Shown one piece after another: positions 62,125-64,000 of a stretch of DNA of 64,000 bases (positions within the stretch are counted from its first letter, which is position 1; every line of letters starts with the position of its first letter). The stretch covers positions 21,643-85,642 of the forward strand of contig JBGUXP010000011.1 of the NCBI GenBank assembly GCA_045222295.1. The letters are read 5' to 3'. A program made the translations under genes and the position numbers. This DNA comes from Bacteroidales bacterium. Lineage in GTDB: Bacteria > Bacteroidota > Bacteroidia > Bacteroidales > P3. A model generated the notes under the pieces. The model was not told the origin of the DNA and did not search any database. It saw only the letters and a program-made list of their open reading frames with translations.

Positions 62125-63279
62125 ATGATCGCCAAGACGATGGTCAACCTCGAAGAAGTGCTGGCCGACGAGTTGCGCGAGATGGGTGCCGAGAATATCA
62201 AAGTTGGTGCCCGTGCCGTGGAGTTTGAGGGCGACATGCGCCTGCTCTACCGCGCCAACTACTGTTGCCGCACCGCCCTGGCCATCCTGAAGCCCTTCGC
62301 CGAGTTCGATGCAAACAACGACCAAGAGCTTTACGACCAGGTATACAAAATCCGTTGGGAGAAAATCCTCGACGTCGACGGGACCTTCATGATCGACTCC
62401 ACTACCTCCGGCGAGGTATTCACCCACAGCTATTATGCCGCTCTCAAGACCAAAGATGCCATTGTCGACCGCTTCCGCCGCAACTTCGGCAAGCGCCCCA
62501 ATATCGATACCGAACAACCCGACTATAAATTCAATTTGCATATCCGAGACAATCATGTCACCCTGCTGATGAATGCCTCTGGCGACTCGCTCCATAAGCG
62601 CGGTTACCGCCAAGGTGTGGGCATAGCCCCCATCAATGAGGTCCTCGCCGCCGGTCTCATCAAGCTCGCCGGATGGAAAAGCGACACCAATTTCTACGAC
62701 CCCATGTGCGGCTCCGGCACCCTGCTCATCGAAGCTGCCATGATGGCCAACAACATCCCCGCACAGTATTACCGCAACCGCTTTGGTTTCATGCGTTGGA
62801 AAGAGTTCAATCTGGGAGAGTGGAAGAGTGTGAAGAACGAGGAAGACAGAAAAATCGGAGCCGGCGACTTTGACTGTGAAATCTGGGGAAATGACATCGA
62901 CGAGCAGGTCATCCAACAGTGCGAGAAGAATCTCGAATACACCAAACTGCACAAGGACGTGATGCTACATATCGGCGACTTTGCCGAGCAGGACCCGCCC
63001 GAAGGCAAAACATTGATAGTCACCAACCCGCCCTATGGCGAGCGCATCAAAGTCGAAGACCTCAATGCCCTCTACACCCAGTTGGGAGATACCTTCAAGC
63101 AGAAATATGGTAAAGATTGCGACGTGTGGCTCATCACCAGCGACTTCGAGGCGATGAAGCACATCGGGCTCCATCCTTCCAAGAAAATCCCCGTGCAAAA
63201 CGGATCCCTCGACTGCCGCTTCCTCCACTTCGAACTCTACGACGGGTCGAAAAAAACTAAATATCAAACAGAGGAATAA
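62125..63279 (+). CDS. THUMP-domain class I SAM-dependent RNA methyltransferase (RlmL/YpsC-like)
   Basis: MIAKTMVNLEEVLADEL THUMP N-terminus; DPMCGSGT and TNPPYGER motifs. The start could be further upstream (62059). Confidence 0.85.
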   Translation: MIAKTMVNLEEVLADELREMGAENIKVGARAVEFEGDMRLLYRANYCCRTALAILKPFAEFDANNDQELYDQVYKIRWEKILDVDGTFMIDSTTSGEVFTHSYYAALKTKDAIVDRFRRNFGKRPNIDTEQPDYKFNLHIRDNHVTLLMNASGDSLHKRGYRQGVGIAPINEVLAAGLIKLAGWKSDTNFYDPMCGSGTLLIEAAMMANNIPAQYYRNRFGFMRWKEFNLGEWKSVKNEEDRKIGAGDFDCEIWGNDIDEQVIQQCEKNLEYTKLHKDVMLHIGDFAEQDPPEGKTLIVTNPPYGERIKVEDLNALYTQLGDTFKQKYGKDCDVWLITSDFEAMKHIGLHPSKKIPVQNGSLDCRFLHFELYDGSKKTKYQTEE

Positions 63280-63280
63280 A

Positions 63281-63366
63281 CCCCGTAGGGGTGACAGAAC
63301 TTAGCCGGGGGCAAAAGCCCCCGGTAGCTGTTTCCGAACTGTATTAGAGCCCCGTAGGGGCGACAG
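63281..63366. repeat. Structured intergenic element: two direct CCCCGTAGGGGYGACAG units flanking a CCGGGGGC-AAAA-GCCCCCGG hairpin
   Basis: Direct repeats at 63281-63297 and 63350-63366; 8-bp GC hairpin at 63305-63324. Confidence 0.7.
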
Positions 63367-63369
63367 GAA

Positions 63370-64000
63370 ATGTTGGATAGTTCCCAAATAAAACAGTGGG
63401 CTCTCGAGGTGGGCTTCGATGCCTGCGGCGTAGCCCGCGCCGATGCACTCACCGACGAGGAATATCCTCTGCGAGAGTGGCTTGCCCGCGGATGGCATGG
63501 AGACCTAAGCTACATGGAGCGCAACATCGAGAAGCGTATGGATCCGCGGCTGCTCGTCGAGGGTGCCAAAAGTGTCATCTGTGTGGTGAGTGCCTACCCT
63601 CCCCCCGTTCCCTCCCCACGAGAGGAGTGGTTAGAAGATCCAGGGTGGGACGGCGTTGCCGCCTACGCCCGCACCCGCGAATACCATAGGGATATCAAGC
63701 AAATGCTCTTCGCCTTGCGGGAGAAACTGGGTATCGAAGGGAAATGCTGTTGCGACACCGTGCCCATCAGCGACAAGCACTGGGCCACCCGCGCCGGACT
63801 CGGCTGGATTGGCCGCCACACCCTCCTCGTCACCCCCCGATGGGGTTCATGGGTCAACCTTGGCGAAATCGTCACCACAGAAGAATGTTCTGAATACTCC
63901 GATTATTCTGAATACTCCGAATACTCTGATTTCTGCGCCAAGTGCGGCCTTTGCGTCGCCGCCTGCCCCAACCACGCCCTCGCCTCCGACGGTCCCCCAA
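63370..64000 (+). CDS. queG: Epoxyqueuosine reductase QueG (5' part; continues past the window)
   Basis: Open from the ATG at 63370 to the window end; ..AAYAR.REYH.., GLGWIGRHTLL, ferredoxin CAKCGLCVAACP. It is absent from the ORF track because no stop lies in the window. Confidence 0.88.
   Translation, partial: MLDSSQIKQWALEVGFDACGVARADALTDEEYPLREWLARGWHGDLSYMERNIEKRMDPRLLVEGAKSVICVVSAYPPPVPSPREEWLEDPGWDGVAAYARTREYHRDIKQMLFALREKLGIEGKCCCDTVPISDKHWATRAGLGWIGRHTLLVTPRWGSWVNLGEIVTTEECSEYSDYSEYSEYSDFCAKCGLCVAACPNHALASDGPP
63889..63930. repeat. 9-nt tandem repeat (TCYGAWTAY x4.7) in-frame in queG
   Basis: TCTGAATAC TCCGATTAT TCTGAATAC TCCGAATAC TCTGAT. Encodes SEYSDYSEYSEYSD immediately before the 4Fe-4S Cys motif. 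Confidence 0.8.

Overview
This is a 64-kb chromosomal window, roughly 55% GC by eye. It looks like a Bacteroidota genome, probably Prevotellaceae-like. Evidence: TAnnTTTG -7 promoter boxes upstream of most transcription units, T9SS C-terminal sorting domains, a glycine-lipid gene pair, and DUF4295 next to rpmG. I call about 60 CDS, nearly all housekeeping: serS, rpmE, msrA, pepD, purL, murB, ileS, rpmG, pfkA, purH, mreB, dacB, engB, cstA, rsmI, trmB, kdsB, nadC and queG. There are also 3 tRNAs (Ser-UGA, Leu-UAG, initiator-like Met-CAU). I see no rRNA, CRISPR array, transposase, integrase or prophage genes. The only recognisable defence gene is a solitary Mrr-type restriction endonuclease in a low-GC islet. 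I did not find a convincing new multi-gene system. The unusual content is a dense set of short repeat families, several of them inserted in-frame inside conserved essential genes. (1) A palindromic element with core CCCCTAASTTAGGGG sits in-frame in murB and in a DUF2779 nuclease-like gene. (2) 9-nt-periodic tandem repeats (AATGGGTTT-like, CCRGANNNT, TCTGAATAC) sit inside purL (twice), ileS, a radical SAM gene, queG and a four-helix-bundle gene, plus intergenic copies. (3) Heptanucleotide tandem repeats sit inside murB and trmB. (4) A 7-unit tandem array of about 41-nt hairpin repeats lies downstream of a transketolase gene. (5) Three two-copy intergenic palindromic or structured repeat families are present. 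All functional calls come from motifs I recognise in the supplied translations; no database search was run. The many long ORFs antisense to high-GC genes are treated as shadow ORFs.
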